Positions 41,616 to 51,897 of a DNA stretch of 64,000 nucleotides are shown here, in pieces. Positions within the stretch are counted from its first letter, which is position 1. Every line of letters begins with the position of its first letter. The stretch comes from an uncultured Gemmataceae bacterium (lineage in GTDB: Bacteria > Planctomycetota > Planctomycetia > Gemmatales > Gemmataceae). Under the pieces are notes generated by a model that ran no database searches, was not told where the DNA came from, and saw only the letters and a list, made by a program, of their open reading frames with translations. The position numbers and the translations under genes are program-made. The stretch is taken from assembly GCA_963750165.1 (NCBI GenBank), contig CAVVPN010000004.1, positions 1 to 64,000 of the forward strand, written 5' to 3'.

Positions 41616-43300
41616 GTGGACAAGCTGGATCCGGGCGGAGTGGTCAAGCCGCAGAACGGCGTGGCTGGGTTGAAGCACTGGCGGTACGACCTTGTTGCCG
41701 GCCTCATGGTGTCGATGGTGTCGCTGCCGTTCTCGCTTGGCATTGCGGTGGCTTCCGGCGCGCCGCCGGTGGCCGGGCTGATCTCGGCGATCATCGCCGG
41801 CCTGATCTACCCGTTCCTGGGCGGGTCCTACGTGACCATCAGCGGGCCGGCCGCCGGGCTGGCCCCGGCACTGCTCGCGGGCATGATCGCCCTCGGCGCG
41901 GGCGACCGGGCCGTCGGCTACCCCTTGCTCCTGGCGGCGATCTGCATGACCGGCTGCGTGCAGATCGTGCTGAGCGCGGTCAAGGCGGCCCGCTTCAGCG
42001 CCCTGTTCCCCTCCTCGGTGGTGGAGGGCATGCTCGCCGCCATCGGCCTGCTCATCATCGCCAAGGAACTGCCGCTATTCCTCGGACAGCAGTTCGCGGC
42101 GCACGAGTTCTTCGAGATTCTGCTGGAGGTTCCGGCGGCGCTGGGGCGCCTGGACTGGCGGGCCTGCGCCGTGGGCGCGCTGTGTCTGGCACTGCTCGCC
42201 TTCCTGGGGGCGACGCGGTTTCGCCGGCTCCGCGCCGTGCCGCCGCCGCTGACCGTGGTTCTGGTCGGCATCGGCCTGGGGCTGGTGATTGGGTTGGATC
42301 CACGCCAGCGCATTCATGTCCCCGACAACGTCCTGGAGCATGGCCTGGTGCTGCCGAACTTCCAGGTCTTGCTGGCCACCAGCGCATTGTGGTGGACGGT
42401 CATCACGGTGGTCATGACCCTGACGCTGATCGACGGGGTCGAGTCGCTGGCCACCATCGCCGCCATCGACAAGATCGATCCGTTCAAGCGCAAATCGTCG
42501 CCGAACCGCACCCTGCTGGCGATGGGCGTCTCGAACATCTGTTCAAGCCTGGCGGGCGGCCTGACCATCATCCCCGGCGGCGTCAAGAGCACCGTTTGCA
42601 TCGTCACGGGCGGCAGGACGCTGTGGGCCAACTTCTACAATGCGATGTTCCTGCTGCTGTTCCTGCTCTGTGCCGCGAGCCTGATCAACCTGATCCCGCT
42701 GCCCGCGCTGGCGGCGGTCGTCATCTACATCGGCTACAAACTGTGCGCGCCCCGCGTCTGGATGCACATTGCCCAGATTGGCCTGGAGCAGTTGTTCGTG
42801 TTCAGCGTGACCGTGCTGACGACCCTCGTGACGGACCTGCTGGTGGGCATCTTCGCCGGCATGATCGCGAAAATGGTGGTGAGCACGACGCTGTCCTGGT
42901 CGTCCGGCCGCGCGGCGGCGAAACCAGGCGGGGTGGTGGGCGCGGCGCTGCGCTGCGTGGGCCGGCTGTTCCGCGACCCGGTGGCCGGGAGTGACCTCGC
43001 GACGGACGGCACCTATCACCTGTACTTTAACGGGCCGTTGGTCTCGTTCAACTTGCTCCACGTGCGGCGGGCGCTGGCGGCTGTGCCGGAGGAGGCGCAG
43101 CGGGTTTCCCTGCACTTCGGGGCTGGTGTGAGCCTGATCGATCACACCACCTATGTGAACCTGCTCGACTTCGCGCGGCGCGCAAGCAAGGCCTGGAGGA
43201 GCGCGTCGAATTCCTTGGCCTGGAGCGCTTCGCCGGTCGCTCCGAGCACGAGGCCTGCATGCGCGTCAGTGCCGCCGTTGCGGTCAAGCCCGCGACGTAA
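41616..43300 (+). CDS. SulP family anion transporter; apparent frameshift at ~43188
   Basis: DLVAGLMVSMVSLPFSLGIAVASGAPP..GLISAIIAG...ISGPAAGL; NRTLLAMGVSN; STAS-like C-terminus. Confidence 0.9.
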
Positions 43301-43377
43301 CCCCAGTGGCCAACGGTGTCGCGACGCGGTTGCCGTTGGTCAGCGACGCCTCGCCCCAACATCCGTGACGGTTCGCT

Positions 43378-44580
43378 TCAACCAGTTCGGTGCTTTTCGA
43401 TCAGATACTGCGTCAGCGTCAGGAACAGCAGCGAGTGGGCCACGTCGCCAAGTTTCCGCTGAGCCCACCTGGTCCCGCGGGCATCGACCAGCCGCACACT
43501 GCCGGACTGCACCTGCATGTTGCCGACATCGCGCCAGCGCAGGAAATCGTCCCGGTATTCGATGCCCCTGTCCGTCAGCACGAAGGGGTAGAAATCGACC
43601 GGCTTGCCCTCCTCCAACGCCTTGATGGCCACGGTGAACAGCGCGGAACTGCTCTCGCGCTGAATGCGGTCGCCAATCGCCTTGACGGCCCAACCAAAGC
43701 TGCCGCTGTCGAAGCGCAGCCGGCGACCGTCGCGGTCCTCGATCTCCATGCAATAGGTCCAGGTGGTGCCGGTGAAGACGCCGTTGGTGTAGTGGTCGGT
43801 CTTGGTGACCTGGTTGTAAAAACCGGGGAAGCGTTCCCAGGGCAGACACTCCACCTGGGCGCCCGCCTGCAACACCACGCCGCCCGGGCACAGCCACAAC
43901 CGCTTGCCGGCATTGCGGATCAGGCTCCACAGGCCGAGGCCGGCCATCAGCGCGCCTCCGCCGATGCTGATGAGCAGCACGGCAACGCCCGATCCGATGT
44001 TGTCCCGGCCGCGCGGCCCCGCTGCCGGCGCCGCCAGTAAAAGAACGCCGATGAGCAGGCCGACCACCATCACCAGGACGCCGATGACGATGAGCACGAT
44101 GCGGCCGACGATCCTGGGCTTCAGCGTCGCCTGGGGTTCGCCCAGGGCGGCGACTGCGGGCGGGCAGTGCTCGGGCAGCGGGTCCAGCGGCATCCGGTTG
44201 AGCGCGGGGGTCGCCGGTTCGCCCGGCTGGCGGCGGATGTCCGGCGTCCAGGTGGGGCCCAGCAGCGAGGCGATGGGGCGGTCGTAACCACGGCGAACGT
44301 CCTCGTCGCGGTCACGGTCCTCCTCAACGGGCAGCACCGTGGGCACTTCCTCCGGGGCCACTTCTTCCAGCTCCGACAGGGCCGCGTTCGGCCTGGCGCG
44401 GGCGGTGAATTCCGGAGGCAGGGGCGGCGGTTGCGGCACGGGCGGCGGCGCCGGCGGCGCGGTGGGCGCGGCCGGCACGCGCATGGCCGTCTGGCAGGAG
44501 GGACAGCGCACCGCGGCGCCGGCCTGTTCGTCGGGAACGCTCAGGGGATTGCGACAGCCGGGACAGAGGATGCGTATCAT
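43378..44580 (-). CDS. Zn-ribbon, Pro-rich, 2-TM membrane protein (DUF6585-like C-terminus)
   Basis: MIRILCPGC...VRCPSC; two TM helices; C-terminal GKPVDFYPFVLTDRGI...LRWRDV. Confidence 0.75.
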   Translation of the reverse strand: MIRILCPGCRNPLSVPDEQAGAAVRCPSCQTAMRVPAAPTAPPAPPPVPQPPPLPPEFTARARPNAALSELEEVAPEEVPTVLPVEEDRDRDEDVRRGYDRPIASLLGPTWTPDIRRQPGEPATPALNRMPLDPLPEHCPPAVAALGEPQATLKPRIVGRIVLIVIGVLVMVVGLLIGVLLLAAPAAGPRGRDNIGSGVAVLLISIGGGALMAGLGLWSLIRNAGKRLWLCPGGVVLQAGAQVECLPWERFPGFYNQVTKTDHYTNGVFTGTTWTYCMEIEDRDGRRLRFDSGSFGWAVKAIGDRIQRESSSALFTVAIKALEEGKPVDFYPFVLTDRGIEYRDDFLRWRDVGNMQVQSGSVRLVDARGTRWAQRKLGDVAHSLLFLTLTQYLIEKHRTG

Positions 44581-45077
44581 GGGCCAAGACCTGTGAAACC
44601 TGGGACCAGGGCCAAAGGTTACCAAATGGCCGTCGAGGGGGAACGTCAAGGGGAAGGGCGCACCTGCTGCATTGCGCTTTTCGGCAGCGGTACGGCCCGC
44701 CCTTTGCATGATCGTCCGCCATGATTTCATCAATCCTTGATAATTTGCCTGGACGATTCTACATCTTTACTTATAATGCTAATATGGTTCGCAACCAAAA
44801 ACTCGGCGAACCGGAATTCGAGAATGGACAAACTCTCCAACAAACTTGCCCCCGTCATGCTCTCCAAGGGCCGGGTGGAGTCCGCAAGGACGTCGAACCT
44901 GTGTAGCACTCCGGCCGTCCAGTAACTGACAATGCCCAAAACCCGGCCACCGCGGTCCCCAGGGAACGCGGCCGGGGTGAACTTAACCCTTGCAACCCTG
45001 ACGGCTTCGTGAAAGCCCCAGAACGCGTTTCCGGGGCGGTCGTCGGGTAGTCTTTAAGAGGAGGAGTCGGTCGGTCG

Positions 45078-47213
45078 GTGGCACAACCACGCCGGCTACA
45101 ACCCATGCTCGACAAATTGCGCAACATCGGCATCATCGCACACGTGGACGCGGGCAAAACCACCACCACGGAGCGCATCCTCTATTTCGGCGGCAGCAAG
45201 CACAAGTCCGGCGATGTCGATGAGGGCAACACCACCACGGACTTCGACCCCCTGGAGAAGGCCAAGGGCATCACCATCAACAGTGCCGCCGTCACGGTGG
45301 ACTGGGGCGACGTGCGCATCAACCTGATCGACACGCCCGGCCACGTCGATTTCACCGCCGAGGTCGAGCGCTCGCTGCGCGTCCTCGACGGCGCCGTCGG
45401 CGTCTTCTGCGCCGTCGGCGGCGTCGAGGTGCAGAGCGAGACGGTGTGGTATCAGGCCAACAAGCATCGGGTGCCGCGCATCGCCTACATCAACAAGCTC
45501 GACCGTATGGGCGCCGACTTCTTCAACTGCATCGAGGAGATGAAAACGAAGCTGGGCGTCGTGCCGGCCATCTGCGCGCTGCCGGTCGGCCAGTCCGGCG
45601 AGTTCCAGGGCGTCATCGACCTGATCGAGATGAAGTTCATCGAGCGCGACAAGACCGACAAGGCCAACCGCCGCTTCACCCTGGAAGAGATTCCCGAGTC
45701 GCACAAGGCCCAGGCCGAGGAGTACCACCAGCACCTGCTCGAAGCCGCGTCGCTGGTGGACGATCACCTCGTCGAACTGATCCTCGATGGCAAGCCCGTT
45801 TCCAAGGAGCAGCTGAAGGCGGCGCTGCGCAAGGGCACGCTGGAGGGCAAGTTGACGCCGATCCTGTGCGGCTCGTCGAAGAATTTCCACGGCGTCGAGT
45901 TGATGCTGGACTCAGTCGTGGACTATTTGCCGTCGCCGTTGGACCGGCCGCCCGTCGAAGGCCTCCACCCCAAAAAGAAGGAGAAGGAGCAGCGCAAGGC
46001 CGATCCGAAGGAACCGCTGTCGCTGCTGGCGTTCAAGACCGTCACCGAGCCGACCGGCGACCTGGTATACGTGCGCATCTACTCGGGCGAGCTGCATCCG
46101 AAGGACGACGTGCTGAACACCACGACGGGCCGCGGTGAGCGCATCGCGCGCATTTTCCGCATGTTCGGCGAGCGCCGCGACAGCCTGGAAGTGGCCGGCC
46201 CTGGAGACATCGTGGCCGTCGTGGGCCTGAAGCAGACCTTCACCGGCAACACGCTCTGCGCCAACGGTGCGCCGATCACGCTGGAAGAGATTCGTTTCCC
46301 CGAGCCGGTCATCAGCCAGGCGATCATCCCGGATCGGACCACCGACGAGACCAAGCTGGCCGACGCCCTCGGCAAGCTGGTCCGCGACGATCCGACGCTG
46401 AAGATGAAGACCGACCCGGAGACGAAGCAGCTCATCATCAGCGGCATGGGCGAGCTGCACCTGGAAGTCTCGGTCGAGAAGTTGCAGCGCACGCCCGGCG
46501 TCAAGGTGAGCGTCGGCAAGCCGCTGGTCGCTTACCGCCAAACGCTGTCGAAGCCGGTGGACATCGAGACGCGCTTCATCAAGCAGACGGGCGGCCGCGG
46601 CAAGTTCGCCGTGGTGAACATCAAGTTCGACCCGCTGACCAAGGAGCAGGTCGAGGAGTGGACCGCCTACCAGGAGGAGAACGGCGAGAAGAAGGACCCG
46701 AACAACATTTACTTCATGGACAAGATCGTCGGCGGCGTGGTCCCCAACGAGTACATTCCGTCGGTGGAGCAGGGCTTCCGCGAGGCGTGCGTCAAGGGGG
46801 CCAAGTACGGCTTCCAGTGCGTGGACATCCAGGCCACCCTGCACTTCGGCAAGTACCACGACGTGGACAGTTCGCAGGATGCGTTCAAGCTGGCGGCGAT
46901 GGAATGCACGCGCGACGCCATGATGAAGGCCGGCATCACGCTGCTGGAGCCGATCATGAACGTGGTGGTGATTGCGCCGGAGAAGTATCAGGGCGACCTG
47001 GCAGGCGACATCAACCGCCGTCGCGGCGAAATCCTGAACTTCAGCAGCGACAAGGGCCGCTGCCAGCTGCACGCTTATGTGCCGCTGGCGGAGCTGTTCG
47101 GCTACACCAACGAACTGCGCAACTTCACGAGCGGCACAGCGTCGTTCAGCATGGAGCCGAGCCACTACGCCCCGGTGCGCGAGGAACTCGCCGACCTGCG
47201 GGCCGCCAGCTGA
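45078..47213 (+). CDS. fusA: Elongation factor G, isolated paralog (start GTG 45078 or ATG 45105)
   Basis: RNIGIIAHVDAGKTTTTERIL, KGITINSA, DTPGHVDF, NKLD, SGMGELHLE, KQTGGRGKF, YHDVDSS, LLEPIM; no rpsL/rpsG/tuf nearby. Confidence 0.93.
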   Translation: MAQPRRLQPMLDKLRNIGIIAHVDAGKTTTTERILYFGGSKHKSGDVDEGNTTTDFDPLEKAKGITINSAAVTVDWGDVRINLIDTPGHVDFTAEVERSLRVLDGAVGVFCAVGGVEVQSETVWYQANKHRVPRIAYINKLDRMGADFFNCIEEMKTKLGVVPAICALPVGQSGEFQGVIDLIEMKFIERDKTDKANRRFTLEEIPESHKAQAEEYHQHLLEAASLVDDHLVELILDGKPVSKEQLKAALRKGTLEGKLTPILCGSSKNFHGVELMLDSVVDYLPSPLDRPPVEGLHPKKKEKEQRKADPKEPLSLLAFKTVTEPTGDLVYVRIYSGELHPKDDVLNTTTGRGERIARIFRMFGERRDSLEVAGPGDIVAVVGLKQTFTGNTLCANGAPITLEEIRFPEPVISQAIIPDRTTDETKLADALGKLVRDDPTLKMKTDPETKQLIISGMGELHLEVSVEKLQRTPGVKVSVGKPLVAYRQTLSKPVDIETRFIKQTGGRGKFAVVNIKFDPLTKEQVEEWTAYQEENGEKKDPNNIYFMDKIVGGVVPNEYIPSVEQGFREACVKGAKYGFQCVDIQATLHFGKYHDVDSSQDAFKLAAMECTRDAMMKAGITLLEPIMNVVVIAPEKYQGDLAGDINRRRGEILNFSSDKGRCQLHAYVPLAELFGYTNELRNFTSGTASFSMEPSHYAPVREELADLRAAS

Positions 47214-47218
47214 ACAGG

Positions 47219-47319
47219 AAGAAAGCTGACGCAAAGGCACAAAGACGCCGAGCGGCGCAAGGAACGAGCATGGTTCCTTGCGCCGCTCGGCGTCTTTGCG
47301 CCTTTGCGTCAGCTTTCTT
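47219..47319. repeat. Long palindrome with 9-bp-periodic arms directly after fusA (may also act as terminator)
   Basis: 47-bp arms aagaaagctgacgcaaaggcacaaagacgccgagcggcgcaaggaac, one mismatch, 7-nt loop. Confidence 0.88.
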
Positions 47320-47455
47320 TCATTGTCGATGCGTCTTTCCAGGCGATGGGCGTGGTGCGGGTAGTCTGCGTGGAATGCACCGCCAGGCCGTGGCCGTAAC
47401 CCTCCTGTGCTTGCGGCTATTTCTCCCCCGCGGTACACTACAGGTGGAGGTTCCC

Positions 47456-47890
47456 ATGCAACGCAAGCCCGAAGACAAGATGAAACCCAAGGTGGTCGCC
47501 TTCAAGGTGGAGGCGGAGCTGGCGGCGTTTCTCAACAAACTCCCCAATAAGAGCGCCTTCATCCGCAAGGCCATCGCGGCGCAGATGAGCATCGCCTGTC
47601 CGCTCTGCAACGGCGCCGGCACCGTCAACCGCGCCGTCCACGACCATTTTTTGCCGCTGATCCGCGAACACGCCCAGCGCAGCTGCGACGGCTGCGGCCA
47701 CGATCAACCGCTGCCGCGCGACCCCGGTGAACTGACCACCGAGGATCGCCAGCGCCTGGAGCAGTTCTTCCACGGCGGCCCCTTCTACTGCGACGGCTGT
47801 TACGAAAAAGCCCCGACCTGCGACGACTGCGGCTGGCACATCGCCGAGGACCGTGTCGCCGAACACCAGCGCCAGGCCCACACCCATTGA
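47456..47890 (+). CDS. Ribbon-helix-helix-like protein with four CxxC motifs
   Basis: GGAGG RBS; KVVAFKVEAELAAFLNKLPNKSAFIRKAI; CPLC, CDGC, CDGC, CDDC...H...H. Confidence 0.75.
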   Translation: MQRKPEDKMKPKVVAFKVEAELAAFLNKLPNKSAFIRKAIAAQMSIACPLCNGAGTVNRAVHDHFLPLIREHAQRSCDGCGHDQPLPRDPGELTTEDRQRLEQFFHGGPFYCDGCYEKAPTCDDCGWHIAEDRVAEHQRQAHTH

Positions 47891-49344
47891 GCCCCACCGA
47901 CCTCCACCACCTCCGGGCCGACCTGGCGCAGCCGCTGCCGCACCCCGACCTGGACGCCCTGCGCCGCTTCAGCGCCCTGACCACCGACTGGCTGCTGCGC
48001 GACTTTCACGCGCTGCCGGAGCAACCCGTCGGCAGAACCGCGTCCCGACCGGAGATGGAGGCGCTGCTGCGTGAGCCGCCGCCGGAAATCGGCCGGCCGT
48101 TCGAGCAGGTGCTCGCCGAGTTCGGTCAAAAAGTTGCGCCGCACACCTTCCGTCCCAATCACCCGCGCTTCTTCGCGTTCATCCCCAGCGCCCCAACCTT
48201 CGTCTCGGTGCTCGGCGACTGGCTGTGCGCCGGCACCAACTATTTCGCCGGCGTCTGGCTGGAGGCGGCCGGGCCGGCGCTGGTCGAGCTGCTCGTGCTG
48301 GATTGGTTCAAGCAATTTCTCGGCTACCCCGCAGAGGCGCGCGGCATCCTCACCACCGGCGGCTCCGAGGCCAACCTGACCGCGCTGACCGTCGCCCGCC
48401 AGCGCCTGAGCCACGACGACCGGCCGCGCGCGGTGCTCTACGAATCGGAGCAGCGGCACTGGTCGGTGGACCGCGCCGCGTTCGTCATCGGCCTGCGCCC
48501 CGAGCAAATCCGCCGCCTGCCGGTGACCGCCGACCTGCGCTTCGACGTGGCCGCCCTGCGCCGCGCCGTCGCCGAGGACCGCCGCTCTGACCGGCAGCCG
48601 TGGCTGGTGGTCGCCAACGGCGGCGCCACCAACACCGGCACGGTCGATGCGCTCGCGGACCTCGCCGAGGTGTGTGAGCGCGAACGGCTGTGGCTGCACG
48701 TCGATGCCGCCTACGGCTGGCCGGCGGTGCTGTCGGCGGCGGAACGGCCGCAGTTCGCCGGCATCGAGCGCGCCGACTCGATCACGCTCGACCCGCACAA
48801 GTGGTTCGCCCAGACGTTCGAGGCCGGCTGCCTGCTGGTGCGCGACGGCCGCCGGCTGGCGGAGACGTTCGCGCTGCGGCCGGAATACATGCAGGATGTG
48901 ACGCCGGACGCCGACGAGATCAACTTCGCCGACCACGGCCTGGCGCTGACGCGGCGCTTCCGGGCGCTGAAAATCTGGCTGTCGCTGCAGGTGCTGGGCG
49001 TCGGCTGGTTTCGGGCGCTGGTCGAGCGCTGCTGCGGCCTGGCGGCGTACGCGGAGGCACTGCTGCGGCAGCGGCCGGGCTTCGAGGTTCTGCACCCGCG
49101 GCAGCTGAGCGTCGTGACGTTCCGCTACGTTGGCGGCGTGACCGGGGAGGATGCGCGGGATCGGTTGAACCTGGCGATTTTGGAGGCGCTGCGCGATGGC
49201 GGCCGGGTGTTTTTGTCCTCGACGCGGCTGGGCGGCCGGGTGGCGCTGCGGCTGTGCTTCGTCAACTGGCGGACGACGGCGGCGGATGTGGACGAGGCGC
49301 TGACGCTAATCGAACAGGCGGCGTCCAACCCCTCCAACCGCTAA
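47887..49344 (+). CDS. Group II PLP-dependent decarboxylase (aromatic-L-amino-acid decarboxylase-like)
   Basis: HPRFFAFIP, TTGGSEANL, HWSV.RAA, GATNTGTVD, WLHVDAAYG, DSITLDPHKW, TRRFRALKIW. Confidence 0.92.
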   Translation: MSPTDLHHLRADLAQPLPHPDLDALRRFSALTTDWLLRDFHALPEQPVGRTASRPEMEALLREPPPEIGRPFEQVLAEFGQKVAPHTFRPNHPRFFAFIPSAPTFVSVLGDWLCAGTNYFAGVWLEAAGPALVELLVLDWFKQFLGYPAEARGILTTGGSEANLTALTVARQRLSHDDRPRAVLYESEQRHWSVDRAAFVIGLRPEQIRRLPVTADLRFDVAALRRAVAEDRRSDRQPWLVVANGGATNTGTVDALADLAEVCERERLWLHVDAAYGWPAVLSAAERPQFAGIERADSITLDPHKWFAQTFEAGCLLVRDGRRLAETFALRPEYMQDVTPDADEINFADHGLALTRRFRALKIWLSLQVLGVGWFRALVERCCGLAAYAEALLRQRPGFEVLHPRQLSVVTFRYVGGVTGEDARDRLNLAILEALRDGGRVFLSSTRLGGRVALRLCFVNWRTTAADVDEALTLIEQAASNPSNR

Positions 49345-49501
49345 CACCTGCCCCACGGTCCCGCAAAAAAAAGTCGCGCGTTCGCTTGTCGCCGGAGGAA
49401 GGGCTATAATAAAAAGTAGTAATACTGTTGGTGGCGGTAGCCCTGAGCCGTAACCTTCAATCCAGGATGGAGCGCCCAACCTTTTCGCAGAGAGGCCTTT
49501 C

Positions 49502-50401
49502 ATGAAAAATGCCGCCGTGCTGGTCGAATACGGACAGCCCATCGACCCGCAGTTCATGGTGACGCCGCCGGACGCGACGGAACTCGAGCTGGAAGCCGGG
49601 CACCCCGGCCTTGGGGATGAAGCCTACATCCAGCGCCGCAAGGATCTGTTCGCGCTTTGCCGTCGGAACCGCCTGGCGGGCCTGGGACCGCCGCTGATCG
49701 ATTACACGCCCGAGGAAACGCGCATCTGGCGCGAGGTCAGCCCGAAACTGGATGAACTGCACGTCCCGTACGCCAGCGCCTGTTATCTCACCGGCAAGCG
49801 CGCGTTGGCGGTCTCGCGCGACGAGATTCCGCAACTTGGCCTCCTCAGTGAACGGGTGCGGCGGGAGACCAACATGCACCTCGTGCCCGCCGAGGGAGCG
49901 CTGCCGTACCGGACCTTTTACCAGTACATCGCCGACCGCGGTTTCCCGGTGACGCAGTTTATCCGGCACGGCTCCCACCCGGAGTTCACGCCCGAACCGG
50001 ACATGATCCACGACTGCCTCGGCCACGTGCCGCCGCTCATGAACCAGGACTACGCGGAATTACTCACGCTCATCGGCAAGGCGGTCGCCGCCACCACCCA
50101 GGGCGAACAGGTGCTCGCCCTGAAGCGCTTCAGCTGGTTCAGTATCGAATTCGGTTTGATCGAGGAAGCCGGAGAAGTCAAGGTGTTCGGGGCCGGTATT
50201 CTTTCTTCCACCGGTGAAATTCCGTTCTCCCTGCACGCGCGCGAGGTAACGCGGCGGCCGTTCGTGACCGATGTGGTGATCGCCACCGACTATGACCCGT
50301 CGCGGATGCAGGACCATTTGTTCATTGCCCCGTCGCTGCCGTTTCTGCGGCGAGAACTGGAGAATCTGGTCCGCCGCTTTGGCATCCCAGTAATCGAATG
50401 A
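49502..50401 (+). CDS. phhA: Phenylalanine 4-hydroxylase (pterin-dependent aromatic amino acid hydroxylase)
   Basis: TQFIRH...FTPEPDMIHDCLGHVP, WFSIEFGL, FGAGILSS.GE; Fe ligands H-H-E present; adjacent to hppD. Confidence 0.9.
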   Translation: MKNAAVLVEYGQPIDPQFMVTPPDATELELEAGHPGLGDEAYIQRRKDLFALCRRNRLAGLGPPLIDYTPEETRIWREVSPKLDELHVPYASACYLTGKRALAVSRDEIPQLGLLSERVRRETNMHLVPAEGALPYRTFYQYIADRGFPVTQFIRHGSHPEFTPEPDMIHDCLGHVPPLMNQDYAELLTLIGKAVAATTQGEQVLALKRFSWFSIEFGLIEEAGEVKVFGAGILSSTGEIPFSLHAREVTRRPFVTDVVIATDYDPSRMQDHLFIAPSLPFLRRELENLVRRFGIPVIE

Positions 50402-50408
50402 AGAAGGG

Positions 50409-50481
50409 ATCCACAGCTGGCACAGAGGAAAGACAAAATCGAATTGATCTTCTATCTGTGACATCTGTGACATCTGTGGAT
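50409..50481. repeat. Degenerate 9-bp-periodic palindrome (ATCTGTGAC x3)
   Basis: atccacagctggcacag ... atctgtgacatctgtgacatctgtggat between phhA and hppD. Confidence 0.7.
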
Positions 50482-50502
50482 TCAGAAGAGGAGTTTCGTC
50501 GG

Positions 50503-51609
50503 ATGAGTGGAGACCTTTTGGCGCTGCGGCGGATCGACCACGTGCGCTTCTTCGTGGGCAACGCTCGCCAGTCCGCATACTTTTACCGTAACGCCTTTGG
50601 CTTCGACGTGATCGCCTACGCCGGCCTGGAGACGCGCATGCGCCACGAGGCCGGTTACGTGCTGCGCCAGGGTAACATCACGTTCGTGCTGATGTCGCCG
50701 CTGTCCGCGCAGCACCCCGAGAGCCAGCGGCTGGTGACGCACGGCGACGGCGTCATGGACATTGCCCTGGACGTGGCCGATGTCAAGGCCGCATATGAGG
50801 AGTCGGTGCGGCGTGGGGCGGTCGGCGTCGCGGCACCATCAGCCCAGGAGGACGAGCACGGCATCATTGAAACCGCGACCATCCGCACCTACGGCGACAC
50901 GACGCACACCTTCATCAACCGTGATCGTTATAGCGGAGTGTTCGCGCCTGGCTTCAAACCAATCGACCCGGAGCGCTACGACCCAAGGACGTTCGCGCAC
51001 GTCGGCCTCAAGGCCATCGACCACATTGTCGGCAACGTCGAGCTGGGCAAGATGAACGAGTGGGTCAAGTTCTACGAGGACGTGCTCGGCTTCAACCAGC
51101 TGGTGAGCTTCGACGACAAGGACATCAGCACGGAGTATTCGGCGCTGATGTCGAAGGTGGTGCAGAACGGCACTGGCCGCATCAAGTTTCCGCTGAACGA
51201 GCCGGCGACGGGCAAGCGGCGGTCGCAGATCGAGGAGTATTTGCAGTTCCACGGCGGCCCCGGCGTGCAGCACATTGCGATGGCGACCGGCGACATCATC
51301 GAGACAGTGCGGGCCATGCGGCACAACGACGTGTCGTTCCTGCGCGTGCCGCAGAGCTATTATGATGTGCTGACCGACCGCGTCGGTACAATTAAAGAGG
51401 ATGTGGAGGAGTTGGCCGAACTGGGCATCCTCGTGGACCGTGACGACGAGGGCTACATGCTGCAAATTTTCACGAAGCCGGTGGCGGATCGGCCGACGCT
51501 GTTCTTCGAGATCATTCAGCGGCACGGCTCGAAGAGTTTCGGCAAGGGCAACTTCAAGGCGCTGTTCGAGGCCATCGAGCGCGAGCAGGCGCTGCGCGGC
51601 ACACTGTAG
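50503..51609 (+). CDS. hppD: 4-hydroxyphenylpyruvate dioxygenase
   Basis: DHVRFFVGNARQ, HGDGV.DIA, IDHIVGNV, SQIEEYL..HGGPGVQHIA, LQIFTKP..DRPTLFFEIIQR, FGKGNFKALFEAIE. Confidence 0.96.
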   Translation: MSGDLLALRRIDHVRFFVGNARQSAYFYRNAFGFDVIAYAGLETRMRHEAGYVLRQGNITFVLMSPLSAQHPESQRLVTHGDGVMDIALDVADVKAAYEESVRRGAVGVAAPSAQEDEHGIIETATIRTYGDTTHTFINRDRYSGVFAPGFKPIDPERYDPRTFAHVGLKAIDHIVGNVELGKMNEWVKFYEDVLGFNQLVSFDDKDISTEYSALMSKVVQNGTGRIKFPLNEPATGKRRSQIEEYLQFHGGPGVQHIAMATGDIIETVRAMRHNDVSFLRVPQSYYDVLTDRVGTIKEDVEELAELGILVDRDDEGYMLQIFTKPVADRPTLFFEIIQRHGSKSFGKGNFKALFEAIEREQALRGTL

Positions 51610-51736
51610 TCCGAGCCGGAGCAGGATGACCCGTTTGTGCGCGTGATGGTGGGCAGCGTCAGCAACCAGCGGGACGGTTTATGCGCGATTCACCGGGGGG
51701 CTGGGCAACCGCGGCGTCCTGGGCCAGGCGATTTCC

Positions 51737-51765
51737 TTGTTAACAAGCGGAGAGGTTTCTATAAT
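51737..51765 (+). promoter_or_regulatory. Sigma70-type promoter upstream of purF
   Basis: TTGTTA-N17-TATAAT in an AT-rich patch. Confidence 0.6.
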
Positions 51766-51897
51766 TATACAGTGAACCGAGTTGACCTCCAGCCCCATGC
51801 TAGCCGCTCCGCCCGCGGTTGCAGGGAGACTGTCGCCACGGGAACGGCTTGCCCGGGCGCGTTGATCGACCCTCGTTTCTCCAGGAGTGGTTCTTCG

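Noticed and set aside
51770..51897. Possible ZMP/ZTP riboswitch before purF (GACTGTCG, CCACGGGAA, CCCGGGC fragments)
   Set aside because: It lacks the GTGG partner stem, the GCCG element and pseudoknot complementarity; an Infernal search would be needed to call it.
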